Shown here: in pieces, positions 1 through 9,063 of the stretch
Numbering within the stretch: position 1 is the first letter of the stretch
How the letters are laid out: every line of letters starts with the position of its first letter
Source: Thermoplasmata archaeon
Lineage (GTDB): Archaea; Thermoplasmatota; Thermoplasmata; WALJ01
Reading direction: 5' to 3'
Length of the DNA stretch: 64,000 nt
NCBI GenBank assembly: GCA_027006785.1
Contig: JALTFR010000042.1
Coordinates: 30,113-94,112, forward strand
Made by a program: the position numbers and the translations under genes
The notes under the pieces: generated by a model
What the model saw: the letters and a program-made list of their open reading frames with translations, nothing else
The model's database searches: none
Told to the model about the DNA's origin: nothing

Positions 1-573
1 ATGAGGAAGGGGCACGAGGTCATATCTCTGCACATGGACAACCGCCCTTTCACGGACGATATTCATTTTGAGAAGGTCAAGATGCTTGTGAAAAGGCTTC
101 AGGAAGTGCACGGCAGGGAGATACCGCTGTATCTTGCACCCCACGGGATACCCTCCCAGGAGACAATAGCGAAGAACTGCACCCGCAGGTTCCAGTGCGT
201 GATGTGCAGGAGGATGATGTTCCGCACGGGCGAGGCCTTCGCAAGGAAGGTGGGTGCGGATGCGCTCCTCACCGGTGAATCCCTTGGACAGGTGGCATCA
301 CAGACCCTCAGGAACATAAGCACAGAGTCACAGGCCATAGACATTCCGGTCATACGGCCGCTAATCGGCTTCGACAAGGAAGAGATCATAGCGATAGCGA
401 AGGAGATAGGGACTTTCGATATCTCCATAATCCCATCGGTATGCTGCACGATAACACCTAAGAGGCCCAGCATAGATGCGAAAATAGATGACATTCTCAG
501 GGAGGAACAGAAGATAGATGTGAGCGCTCTTCTGGAGAAGGTGATGGAAGGGAGCGTTAGGGTGGATGTGTGA
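1..573 (+). CDS. thiI: tRNA sulfurtransferase / thiamine biosynthesis protein ThiI, C-terminal fragment (gene begins upstream of window)
   Basis: ThiI-specific 'LLTGESLGQVASQTLRNI' motif and C-terminal region; ORF runs from window edge. Confidence 0.8.
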   Translation: MRKGHEVISLHMDNRPFTDDIHFEKVKMLVKRLQEVHGREIPLYLAPHGIPSQETIAKNCTRRFQCVMCRRMMFRTGEAFARKVGADALLTGESLGQVASQTLRNISTESQAIDIPVIRPLIGFDKEEIIAIAKEIGTFDISIIPSVCCTITPKRPSIDAKIDDILREEQKIDVSALLEKVMEGSVRVDV

Positions 574-593
574 GAAAAAAATGCAATACGCAT

Positions 594-630
594 GCCATTC
601 GGGGAAATAATAGCAGAGAAACATATAAGG
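594..630 (+). repeat. Direct repeat copy 1 (19-nt perfect core tgccattcggggaaataat plus conserved tatataagg tail)
   Basis: Matches 4863..4900 at about 30/37 positions; sits 32 bp upstream of the mcrB-like start. Confidence 0.8.
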
Positions 631-661
631 CCTTTGAGTTTGAGAAAGAATAGGTTTATAT

Positions 662-3181
662 ATGGATGTTGCATTGCTTTTAAAAGGTGAGTGTATGATA
701 TATCATGAAGATGAATTTACTAAAATACCTTTTGACAATAGGGCAAAGGAGAGACTGAAACATATATACTCTATCTTATATTATCTTGAAAGAGGATATT
801 CCTATCGGAAATCTATCAAAGAAACACTGAAGAGATTTCCTAGAGTGCACAACGAGCCCACAATAGAATCAAAAGTTACGACAGAAATAGGTCTCAAAAA
901 AGAGAGTTTTATGGAGCTATACAAAAAGGGAGAGCTTTTGGACTACCTAATATCAAAAAATAACTTGAATGAACATGACGCCCAAATTTTTGCAGAGCTT
1001 TTGAGAGGGCATCGAATAAGAACTGATAAAAAATATTATGAGCAAAGTGCGGGAATGAACATAGAAAAGATCCTCAAACTGTGGAAAGATTCTCTAGAAA
1101 AGCAACCTGAAGGGGTACACTTTAAAACCTATTCGAGATATGCCAAAATTAAGAAAATGAAAGAAGAAGTGAGAGACTTTGTTTATGATCCTACAGAGGA
1201 AAACTTCATAAAATTCTGGAACGAAAAAGACATATATGCTGCTCAGAGGGTTGCATCTGCGCGAAATGTGTGGGATTCAAACAATTCTGAAATTTTGGTT
1301 AGAACCCTGTCTGAAATGCTGGATAGCGAAGAATTCAAAGAAGAATGGGTTGAAAATGTTAAAAATGCCCGTAAAGTTTTGTGGGAACTTTTTGGATTAT
1401 TGCATATCGAAAAGGTTCCTCCAATAAACTCATGTACTGAAAACGGACTGGAATTTTTTGGATACAGGGTTAAACAAGACTATAAAGATTTACTATCAAA
1501 ATTCAATGAATTCAAAGATGATGTTTATATGGAAAATACTGGTCACATAACCGCAGGAAAGGACTATGAAATTCCAATAAACTTGGAGATTGACCAACTC
1601 TTCAATGTGATAGATAAGGTAAAAGAGTCTGATCTGGAAAAGGCAGATACAGAAGAGGAAAGATTGCTATATGAGGCCGTTCTTAGGGCCAAAAAAGAAA
1701 TGGGATTGATATCTGAGACAGAAAAAGAGGATGAACACTATTTTTGGTTGAATGCGGACCCATCCAGATGGACAGTTGAAGAGATTCGTAACGGAGATGT
1801 GGTAACATACACTTCACATACCAAAAATGGAAACAAAAGGCACATGTATTCTGCGTTTCAGAAGGCTAAAAAAGGAGATAAGGTGATATTCTACGAGACC
1901 AGCCCTCACAGAAAGGTTGTGGCCCTGGGTATTGTTGAAAAAGGTCTGCACGAAGATTATGATGAAGAACATGGTGAAAATACAGAGGTAATTTCTATAA
2001 GATTTCTCCGAGATTTAGGTCCTATTGACAGAGAAGAATTAAAGACCGTTCCAGAATTGAGAGATTTTTTTCCATTGAAAAAAGGCGTACAAGGAAGCCT
2101 CTTTGAAATGACGGAGAGTGAATTCCATGCCATACTGAATTTCGCAGATGCTTATGAGAAAACAGAAAGGGCCTCGGGTTTGAAATGGAATGATTTAAAG
2201 CCTGTGATTAATCACCTTAATGATGAGAGATTTGAGATTGAAGGTGCGCTTTACTTCCCTTATAACATAAAGGAAGAACTTGAATTACGGATTGGTTCGG
2301 CCATCTCATCTGGAAAACACATAATCCTCATCGGACCGCCGGGAACCGGAAAATCCAAGCTTGCGAAGATGGTGTGTGAACACTACAAAGGTAAAGAAAA
2401 ATACATTATGAGCACTGCTAACTCAGATTGGTCCACCTTTGATACCATTGGAGGATACTTCCCAAGTTCTGATGGAAAACTGGAATTCAAGACCGGCATA
2501 TTCCTGAAATGTTTCCGTGACGAGGAAGGCAATGCAGATAACAAATGGCTGATAATAGATGAAATAAACAGGGCAGATATAGACAAAGCTTTTGGCTCTC
2601 TTTTCTCGGCCCTTACTGGAGATAACATAACACTGCCCTTTGAGATGAATGGAAAGCCGGTTAAAGTTATCGGAAACCCGGATGCTGAGATACCAGATAC
2701 ACCCAACTGTTTTGTGATTCCTGAAGATTGGAGGATAATAGCAACGATGAATACCTTCGATAAGTCCTCGCTCTATGAGATGAGCTATGCGTTCATGAGG
2801 CGCTTTGCTTTCATACCTGTTGGTGTGCCTGATGAGATCAGAGAGGATGATATTCGAAGGTATCTTAAATCCTGGAACTGCGAGAATGAAAGAATAGACA
2901 AAAAGAAACTTCTTGATATATGGCAGTCTGTCAATAAGATAAGAAAGATAGGTCCTGCCATCGTAAAAGATATATGTGAATTTGTAATCCGCACAGGTGA
3001 TGATTATGCCAGTGCAATTATCATGTATGTTCTCCCTCAGTTTGAGGGCTTGTCTGATGAAAAAATAATTTCGTTTATGAAAGACATAAGGGAAATCACC
3101 GGAGAGGCTGGGGCGGATAAAATAGAAAAATTCTCCTATGATTTCTTCTCGATTGAAAGGGTCGCTGAGAAGGAGTCCTGA
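662..3181 (+). CDS. mcrB: McrB-like GTPase (AAA+ of McrB family) with N-terminal uncharacterized ~340-aa domain and central EVE/PUA-like domain
   Basis: Walker A 'LIGPPGTGKSKLA'; McrB signatures 'IIDEINRADI' and 'ATMNTFDKS...FMRRFAF' (compare MNTADRS / RRRF); EVE-like 'KKGDKVIFYETSP...GSLFEMTESEFHAI'; 4-nt gap to McrC. Confidence 0.75.
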   Translation: MDVALLLKGECMIYHEDEFTKIPFDNRAKERLKHIYSILYYLERGYSYRKSIKETLKRFPRVHNEPTIESKVTTEIGLKKESFMELYKKGELLDYLISKNNLNEHDAQIFAELLRGHRIRTDKKYYEQSAGMNIEKILKLWKDSLEKQPEGVHFKTYSRYAKIKKMKEEVRDFVYDPTEENFIKFWNEKDIYAAQRVASARNVWDSNNSEILVRTLSEMLDSEEFKEEWVENVKNARKVLWELFGLLHIEKVPPINSCTENGLEFFGYRVKQDYKDLLSKFNEFKDDVYMENTGHITAGKDYEIPINLEIDQLFNVIDKVKESDLEKADTEEERLLYEAVLRAKKEMGLISETEKEDEHYFWLNADPSRWTVEEIRNGDVVTYTSHTKNGNKRHMYSAFQKAKKGDKVIFYETSPHRKVVALGIVEKGLHEDYDEEHGENTEVISIRFLRDLGPIDREELKTVPELRDFFPLKKGVQGSLFEMTESEFHAILNFADAYEKTERASGLKWNDLKPVINHLNDERFEIEGALYFPYNIKEELELRIGSAISSGKHIILIGPPGTGKSKLAKMVCEHYKGKEKYIMSTANSDWSTFDTIGGYFPSSDGKLEFKTGIFLKCFRDEEGNADNKWLIIDEINRADIDKAFGSLFSALTGDNITLPFEMNGKPVKVIGNPDAEIPDTPNCFVIPEDWRIIATMNTFDKSSLYEMSYAFMRRFAFIPVGVPDEIREDDIRRYLKSWNCENERIDKKKLLDIWQSVNKIRKIGPAIVKDICEFVIRTGDDYASAIIMYVLPQFEGLSDEKIISFMKDIREITGEAGADKIEKFSYDFFSIERVAEKES

Positions 3182-3182
3182 T

Positions 3183-4541
3183 ATGCCGGCAAAAGTCAAT
3201 GAAGAAACCATACTGAATGAAATCTCGGCAGATATCCCGCACTATCTTAGAAATGGAAGGATAGATGAGGTTATGAAATCTGCCGCAGAAGCGGATTTGA
3301 ACATAAAGGACCTGGACAGGCTTTTGAGGATACACTTCGTTCTTACAGAAAAGGTGAAAGAGTTCTCGGAAAAACTCGAAGGAAGGATAAGAAGAATAAA
3401 AACAACCGTCAGTTCACACAAGAGTGAATATCGAGGGCAGGTGAGAGGGCGCATATCATGGAAAGATACTTTTTCCAGAAGAATGGCCACAAATCCGCTG
3501 GATAAGACACTTTTCATGTGCGTTGAAAGGGAAAGGGAATATAATATCCCTGAAAACCTTGTGCTTAAACGAATTCTCCAGATAATCCACGATATAGTCT
3601 ATTCTGACCTGAAACCCGCCATAGACGGAAGATATAACTGGGTTGATATCTGGAGTGATGAAAAAGGTGTGAAAGAGGTTCTAAATTCGATTTATTTTAA
3701 GAATATATATCTGAAAAGGGTTTCTCTGGAGGACCTCCACATAACTGAGAACATGATTCAAAGGGCCAAAAAATCCAGGCAACCGCTTTATCGAGATGCT
3801 GCATATCTTCTGGAAAGGTACCGAAAGATAACAGGATATAACATAGACGAATCTGAAGCCCGTGAGCTCTTGAAGAACACATTCATAAAGCCTGAGAAAA
3901 CAGAGGAGCTTTTTGAGCTGTATTGGATAATAAAAATTATGAACTCCTTCGGAAAGGAAATCTGGAAGAAGCCCATTATTGAAAAAGACAACGATTCAGT
4001 CATTGCTGAAGGAATGTTTGGAGATTTCAGGTATGTTATTTATCACAACTCCACAGGCAGCTTTCATTTTCATGAAAAACTTCCTGATGACAATGATGAT
4101 CTTGCAAAAATCAATAAAGCATATCCGTTTTTGGCGAGAGAGGCGAAAGTTGTGGAAAAACTGAACGGGATGGTGGGTGTGGATGAAAATAGTCTCTGGG
4201 GTGGTCGCCCAGATATAGTGATAGAAAAATATCACAAAAACAGTGACGATCTCGTTTCTGTCTTCATAGCTGAAGTGAAATACACAAACAATAAACGCTA
4301 TGCGATTGAAGGACTGAAGGAACTTCTGGAATATCTGGCTTTTATAAAGAAAAATGAAGAATATCTGGAAAAGTTCAATTCGCTTTTTGAAGGACTTGAA
4401 AAGGTTAAAGGCGGTCTTTTCACAGACCAGATAGACAAATTTTCCATTTCTGAAGATGAGAAAATCTTCCACATCATGTTCGGGGATTCAGAAGATAAGA
4501 TACGAAAAAGGATTGTTGAACCTACGCCGGATATGGAATAG
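3183..4541 (+). CDS. mcrC: McrC-like nuclease subunit (N-terminal McrC domain with 'RGRISW' motif; C-terminal PD-(D/E)xK nuclease)
   Basis: ATG 1 nt after mcrB stop; 'YRGQVRGRISW'; C-terminal 'GRPDIVIEKY...FIAEVKY' PD..ExK motif. Confidence 0.7.
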   Translation: MPAKVNEETILNEISADIPHYLRNGRIDEVMKSAAEADLNIKDLDRLLRIHFVLTEKVKEFSEKLEGRIRRIKTTVSSHKSEYRGQVRGRISWKDTFSRRMATNPLDKTLFMCVEREREYNIPENLVLKRILQIIHDIVYSDLKPAIDGRYNWVDIWSDEKGVKEVLNSIYFKNIYLKRVSLEDLHITENMIQRAKKSRQPLYRDAAYLLERYRKITGYNIDESEARELLKNTFIKPEKTEELFELYWIIKIMNSFGKEIWKKPIIEKDNDSVIAEGMFGDFRYVIYHNSTGSFHFHEKLPDDNDDLAKINKAYPFLAREAKVVEKLNGMVGVDENSLWGGRPDIVIEKYHKNSDDLVSVFIAEVKYTNNKRYAIEGLKELLEYLAFIKKNEEYLEKFNSLFEGLEKVKGGLFTDQIDKFSISEDEKIFHIMFGDSEDKIRKRIVEPTPDME

Positions 4542-4862
4542 CTTCACTTAAATTTGATTCTTTACCTCTCTTCACCATCCTCTACACCTATCCATGCTCT
4601 CCCCTAACCCATTTCCTTTCCCTTCAGTTTTTCGATCCAGTGGAGGCTCTTCTCCATATCCCCTTTCCTTCCCATCTCCCTGAACATCTCAAGGCTTTCC
4701 TGCAGGTACTCCATGCCCTGCTCTCCCCCTGTGACGATGCCTTTCAGCCTGAGGTACCATCCCTGCCTCTCCCGAGATGAAAAGCGTGCGCCCATGCCCG
4801 CCTTCGGCATCCCTGAGGAGTGAATCCAGTTTCCCGAGCTCTGCCCCCCGGTCCGCAATGCC

Positions 4863-4900
4863 TGCCATTCGGGGAAATAATGGTATAAAGGTATATAAGG
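4863..4900 (+). repeat. Direct repeat copy 2 (same 19-nt core plus tatataagg tail)
   Basis: Identical core to 594..612; sits 250 bp upstream of the OLD-family gene. Confidence 0.8.
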
Positions 4901-5149
4901 GGTTTGGGGGGTAGATGTATATCTGTTATTTCAGAGGAAGAGCGCTCGGAGAGATAGATTTATATAATGAAAAGGCATAGTGTGGGTAAGATGATATGAT
5001 AAAGAGCGAAGGAGAACTGATGGTTTCGGTTAATCAAAAAAAGAGGAAAAGAACATGAGCAAGATTGCTACACGATTTGCCATAACATCGGTTAAACGGC
5101 TTCACACAGTGAATGCGCAGATTTTCAATAATCTTAGTGAGGAATAAGT

Positions 5150-6877
5150 ATGAAAATAAATACATTTTCAATAAAAAACTATAGATCAATCGTTGATAAA
5201 CAAGAGATAACTCTAAAAGATTTATCTATAATTATAGGTCCTAATAACGAAGGAAAATCTAACATATTAAACGCAATTACTTCTGCATTATCTATCTTAA
5301 AATCGTATGAGTATTCTTTCACCCACCTACTACGAAGATATTATCGAAAAATAGATCGTGATGAGCATACATCTTCTAGTTATGAAAGGACATCTTCTTA
5401 TAAGTGGGAGCGGGATTTTCCAATAAAGATGCAAGGCGAGAATAAGGATGGTAAGACGGTCTTCGAAGTCGTTTTTGATTTTACAAACGAAGAACTGAAA
5501 GATTTGAATAAATTAACTGGACTGAATCTCAATTACGATATTATTTTCACTTTGGAATTAGGAAAAGACTCAGAAAATATTAGTATAAATTATCCCGCAA
5601 ATCGTCGAATAAATTTGAACAAACGAAAAATAAAAATTTTAGAATATGTATCTCAACACATTGCTATTGAATATATCGGTTCTGTAAGAACTGCAGAAAG
5701 GACTGCTGACTTGATTGATAGTCTTATTAGAAGAGAACTTAATCAATTGGAATATAAAGCCGAATATGAACGGCTCTTAAAACGCTTAGAAAAAATGCAA
5801 GAACCCGTGTTAAAGAAAATATCAAAAGAGGTTAGCAAAAGCATTAAACAATTTTTGCCAAATGTGAAAAAGGTAGAAGTAACTTCTGTTGACCGCGTGA
5901 GGCGAATAATGCACGAATCATGTGAAGTTTATGTAGATGATGGAGATAAAACTCCGTTAGAATTAAAAGGTGATGGAATAAAGAGTCTGTTGGCCATATC
6001 ACTTATGCAACATCTTGCTAAGCAGAGGCATACTAACCAAGATATAGTGTTTGCTATTGAAGAGCCTAAAATTCATCTGCATCCCGATTCAATCCATAAA
6101 TTAAAAGAAGTTTTACTAGAGATATCTGAGCAATATCAAGTTATATTAACTACACATTCACCCATTTTTGTAGACAGAGGGCATCTTGATAGAAATATTC
6201 TTGTAACAAAAAATAAAATAAAAACGGTTCATGATATTTCTGAGATTAGAAACGAATTGGGCATCAGGGTTTCCGACAATTTGAAATCCGCCAGTCTAGT
6301 AATATTAACCGAAGGAGAAAACGATATTCAAATATTGAAATCGTGGTTGTTTGAAATGTCACCCAAGGTTAGAGATGCTTATGCCCGTGGGTTGTTTGCT
6401 TTCGCATCCATGGGTGGGTGTAAAAATCTTTCATATCAGGTAAACTTGCATCGGAATTTGATTTGCAGTGTATTGGTTTATCTGGATGCAGATTCTGACG
6501 GGAAATCTGCATACGAGAAAGCAAAAAGTGATGGTCTCCTTACAGATAAAGAAGTGTTCTTTCCTATTATCCGGTCATTCCGTGAAACGGAGATAGAAGA
6601 TTTAGTTAAAATTAGTATATATAAAAAAAATATTGAAGATAAATACGGGGTTAAATTGGAACGCGATATTTTCAAAAATAATAAAAATAAATGGTCTGTG
6701 AGAATTGGGGGGGTGTTTGAAAAGCAAGGAAAACTGTGGACTGGTGACATTGAGGCAGATGTAAAAAAAATAGTATGTGATGCAGTAGTAAGGGATGGTT
6801 TAAGAAGTCTAAAGCAGACTAACGCAGGTTCTATCAAAAATCTACAAAAAAGGATAGAAGAAGAATTAAATCTCTGA
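5150..6877 (+). CDS. OLD-family ATP-dependent nuclease (AAA_15/ABC-type ATPase + C-terminal TOPRIM); GajA-like, no helicase partner
   Basis: P-loop 'IIIGPNNEGKSNILNAI'; 'GDGIKSLLAISL'; Walker B 'IVFAIEEPKIHLHP'; H-loop 'ILTTHSP'; TOPRIM 'LVILTEGENDIQIL' and 'YLDADSDGKS'; SD tgagga upstream. Confidence 0.75.
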   Translation: MKINTFSIKNYRSIVDKQEITLKDLSIIIGPNNEGKSNILNAITSALSILKSYEYSFTHLLRRYYRKIDRDEHTSSSYERTSSYKWERDFPIKMQGENKDGKTVFEVVFDFTNEELKDLNKLTGLNLNYDIIFTLELGKDSENISINYPANRRINLNKRKIKILEYVSQHIAIEYIGSVRTAERTADLIDSLIRRELNQLEYKAEYERLLKRLEKMQEPVLKKISKEVSKSIKQFLPNVKKVEVTSVDRVRRIMHESCEVYVDDGDKTPLELKGDGIKSLLAISLMQHLAKQRHTNQDIVFAIEEPKIHLHPDSIHKLKEVLLEISEQYQVILTTHSPIFVDRGHLDRNILVTKNKIKTVHDISEIRNELGIRVSDNLKSASLVILTEGENDIQILKSWLFEMSPKVRDAYARGLFAFASMGGCKNLSYQVNLHRNLICSVLVYLDADSDGKSAYEKAKSDGLLTDKEVFFPIIRSFRETEIEDLVKISIYKKNIEDKYGVKLERDIFKNNKNKWSVRIGGVFEKQGKLWTGDIEADVKKIVCDAVVRDGLRSLKQTNAGSIKNLQKRIEEELNL

Positions 6878-6909
6878 GATTATCGCTTATTGAAAACAAC
6901 TCTATCCAT

Positions 6910-8283
6910 TCACTCAAACCGCACCTTCTGCCCCTCTTTGCTGTCCTCTATGATGATGCCGAGCGCCTTTAATCTGTCCCGTATCATGTCGGATGTCGCC
7001 CAGTCCCTATTCTCCCTTGCCTGCTTCCTTATGTCCAGAAGTATCTGTATTATCTCCATCTCCTTTCCCGATGACTGAGCGCTCGCGAAGAGATTGATTC
7101 CGAGGACATCTGCGATTTCCTTTGCTATTTTCAGGTATCCGGCTGTGAGGTTGGGGTTGTCCCTGTGCTTGTTGGCCTCGCTGAAGAGTGAGAAAAGGTT
7201 CGCTATGGCCTCCCTCGTGTTGAAGTCGTCGTCCATGACCTCGATGAACCTCTCCCTGAACTTCACGGCCTCCGAGATGTCCGGTTCGGAATCGCCGGCC
7301 ATTTCTTTGAGGGAGAGAGCGCTCCGCTTCATACTCTGCAAGGCCCTGTGAGTTTCTTCCAGATCATCGAAGCTGAAGTCTATCGGGCTCCTGTAATGCG
7401 TGTAAAGGAAGTAGAACCTGAGGGTGTCAGCGGGATACGTCTTCATCATCTCCCGTATGTTCAGGACATTTCCGAGGGACTTCGACATCTTCTCCCCTTT
7501 CAGGTTCAGGAATCCGGTGTGCAGCCAGTACCTCACGAAGGGCTCCTTTCCGCTGATGCTCTCCGCTATTGCTATCTCGGATTCGTGGTGCGGGAATATC
7601 AGGTCCTGCGCTCCCCCGTGCAGGTCATATTGCTCCCCGAAGTATGTGAATGTTATAGCCGTGTCCTCCACATGCCAGCCCGGCCTTCCCTTTCCCCAGG
7701 GCGATTCCCACCAGGGCTCTCCCTCCTTGTAGGCCTTCCAGAGCGCAAAGTCCTCGGGGTTCCTCTTGTTCTCGTCCGGGGCCACCCTTGCGCCGGCCTG
7801 AAGCTCGTCCATCTTCTGCCCGGACAGCTTCCCAAATCCTCCGAACTTGTTCACCTCGAAGTACACGCTCCCGTTGGATTCGTAGGCATATCCCTTCTCT
7901 ATGAGGGCCTGAACCTGACCGATTATCTCATCTATGTGGTCCGTGGCATTCGCATAAAGGTTCACGGAAGTGACACCCAGCGCCTCCATGTCCTCCATAA
8001 AGGCCTTTGTGTACTGCATAGCGAGTTCCTTTACGCTTATTCCCCTCTCGTTGGCCCTCTGTATCATCTTATCGTCAATGTCGGTGATGTTCATGAGATA
8101 GAATACCTGATATCCCCTGAACCTCAGGTATCTGGCTATCGCATCGAATGCGACATATGTTCTGGCATGGCCTATGTGTGGCATATCGTAGACCGTGGGG
8201 CCGCAGACGAACATGTTGACCCTGTTCCTCTTTATCGGCCTGAACTCTTCCTTCTCTCTTGTCAGCGTGTTGTATACCTGCAT
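6910..8283 (-). CDS. cysS: Cysteinyl-tRNA synthetase
   Basis: 'MQVYNTLTREKEEF' N-terminus; HIGH 'MPHIGHARTY'; KMSKS 'GEKMSKSLGN'. The ORF track extends to 8571 across the tRNA, so the downstream ATG is preferred. Confidence 0.85.
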   Translation of the reverse strand: MQVYNTLTREKEEFRPIKRNRVNMFVCGPTVYDMPHIGHARTYVAFDAIARYLRFRGYQVFYLMNITDIDDKMIQRANERGISVKELAMQYTKAFMEDMEALGVTSVNLYANATDHIDEIIGQVQALIEKGYAYESNGSVYFEVNKFGGFGKLSGQKMDELQAGARVAPDENKRNPEDFALWKAYKEGEPWWESPWGKGRPGWHVEDTAITFTYFGEQYDLHGGAQDLIFPHHESEIAIAESISGKEPFVRYWLHTGFLNLKGEKMSKSLGNVLNIREMMKTYPADTLRFYFLYTHYRSPIDFSFDDLEETHRALQSMKRSALSLKEMAGDSEPDISEAVKFRERFIEVMDDDFNTREAIANLFSLFSEANKHRDNPNLTAGYLKIAKEIADVLGINLFASAQSSGKEMEIIQILLDIRKQARENRDWATSDMIRDRLKALGIIIEDSKEGQKVRFE

Positions 8284-8296
8284 GAGATCACCGGAG

Positions 8297-8369
8297 TGGG
8301 CGAGGAGGGAATCGAACCCCCAGAAACCCGATCTGCAGTCGGGCACATTAGCCACTCTGTCACTCGCCC
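8297..8369 (-). tRNA. tRNA-Cys (anticodon GCA)
   Basis: Manual fold: 7-bp acceptor GGGCGAG/CTCGCCC; anticodon stem CCCGA/TCGGG; loop CTGCAGA (U33, GCA, R37); T-arm GGGGG-TTCGATT-CCCTC; 14 nt upstream of cysS on the same strand; discriminator reads A. Confidence 0.65.
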
Positions 8370-8472
8370 TTGCAGGCTGCGATTGGTATGCAGTATATGA
8401 AACTTTAGGAAAGTATGCGGAGATATCCTTAAATATTGTCTCCCTCTTTAGCACCAAAGGATGGTATAAGAA

Positions 8473-8763
8473 TTGACAGACATAAAACGACTCGTACTGG
8501 ATGTGCTTAAGCCCCACCACCCTTCCATCGTGGAGGTGTCTGAGAAACTGAGCGCTCTGAAAGGAGTGCATGGAGTGAACTGCAGCCTAGAAGAGGTTGA
8601 CCAGGAGACAGAGAGCATAAAGATAACAATAGAGGGAGATCACCTCGATTTTGACAGGATAAAGCTCACACTTGCCGACCTAGGAGCCGATATTCACTCC
8701 ATAGACAGTGTTTCGTCAGGCAGAAGAATAGTAGAAGAGGTCGAGACACCTCAGGACCGTTAA
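8473..8763 (+). CDS. DUF211-family small archaeal protein
   Basis: 'LVLDVLKPHHPSIVE...GVHGVNCSLEEVD...ITIEGDHLDFD...IHSIDSV' pattern; apparent TTG start. Confidence 0.5.
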   Translation: MTDIKRLVLDVLKPHHPSIVEVSEKLSALKGVHGVNCSLEEVDQETESIKITIEGDHLDFDRIKLTLADLGADIHSIDSVSSGRRIVEEVETPQDR

Positions 8764-9062
8764 TTCTCTTTCTCTTCCCTGTTATTTTTTATTATTTCAC
8801 CTACTTTTTTAAGAAGTTCTTGTTTCTTCATATCTGTGCTTACAAGAACCCTTCCCTCTTCCCTCCACCAGTGGGGGGGATATCGAACGTCATATTCCAC
8901 CGAATATTCCATACCCATCGATTTTACGGCGGAAAATATCTCAGGAAGCTTGGGATTCTCAACTGCAAGTGCCTTTGGAACCCTTCTTCCAGAACTTCTT
9001 TTAAGATGTGAATTGAAATAGGATGGCCAGAGGACCTTTTTGCCCTCTTTCCTTGAGACCAT
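8760..9062 (-). CDS. srp19: Signal recognition particle protein SRP19
   Basis: 'VLWPSYFNSHLKRSSGRRVPKALAVENPKLPEI' (archaeal SRP19 signature). Confidence 0.7.
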   Translation of the reverse strand: MVSRKEGKKVLWPSYFNSHLKRSSGRRVPKALAVENPKLPEIFSAVKSMGMEYSVEYDVRYPPHWWREEGRVLVSTDMKKQELLKKVGEIIKNNREEKEN

Positions 9063-9063
9063 A

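Noticed and set aside
7348-8400. 350-aa plus-strand ORF
   Set aside because: Entirely antisense to cysS and overlapping the tRNA-Cys; Pro/Gly/Arg-rich translation typical of an out-of-frame reading of a real gene
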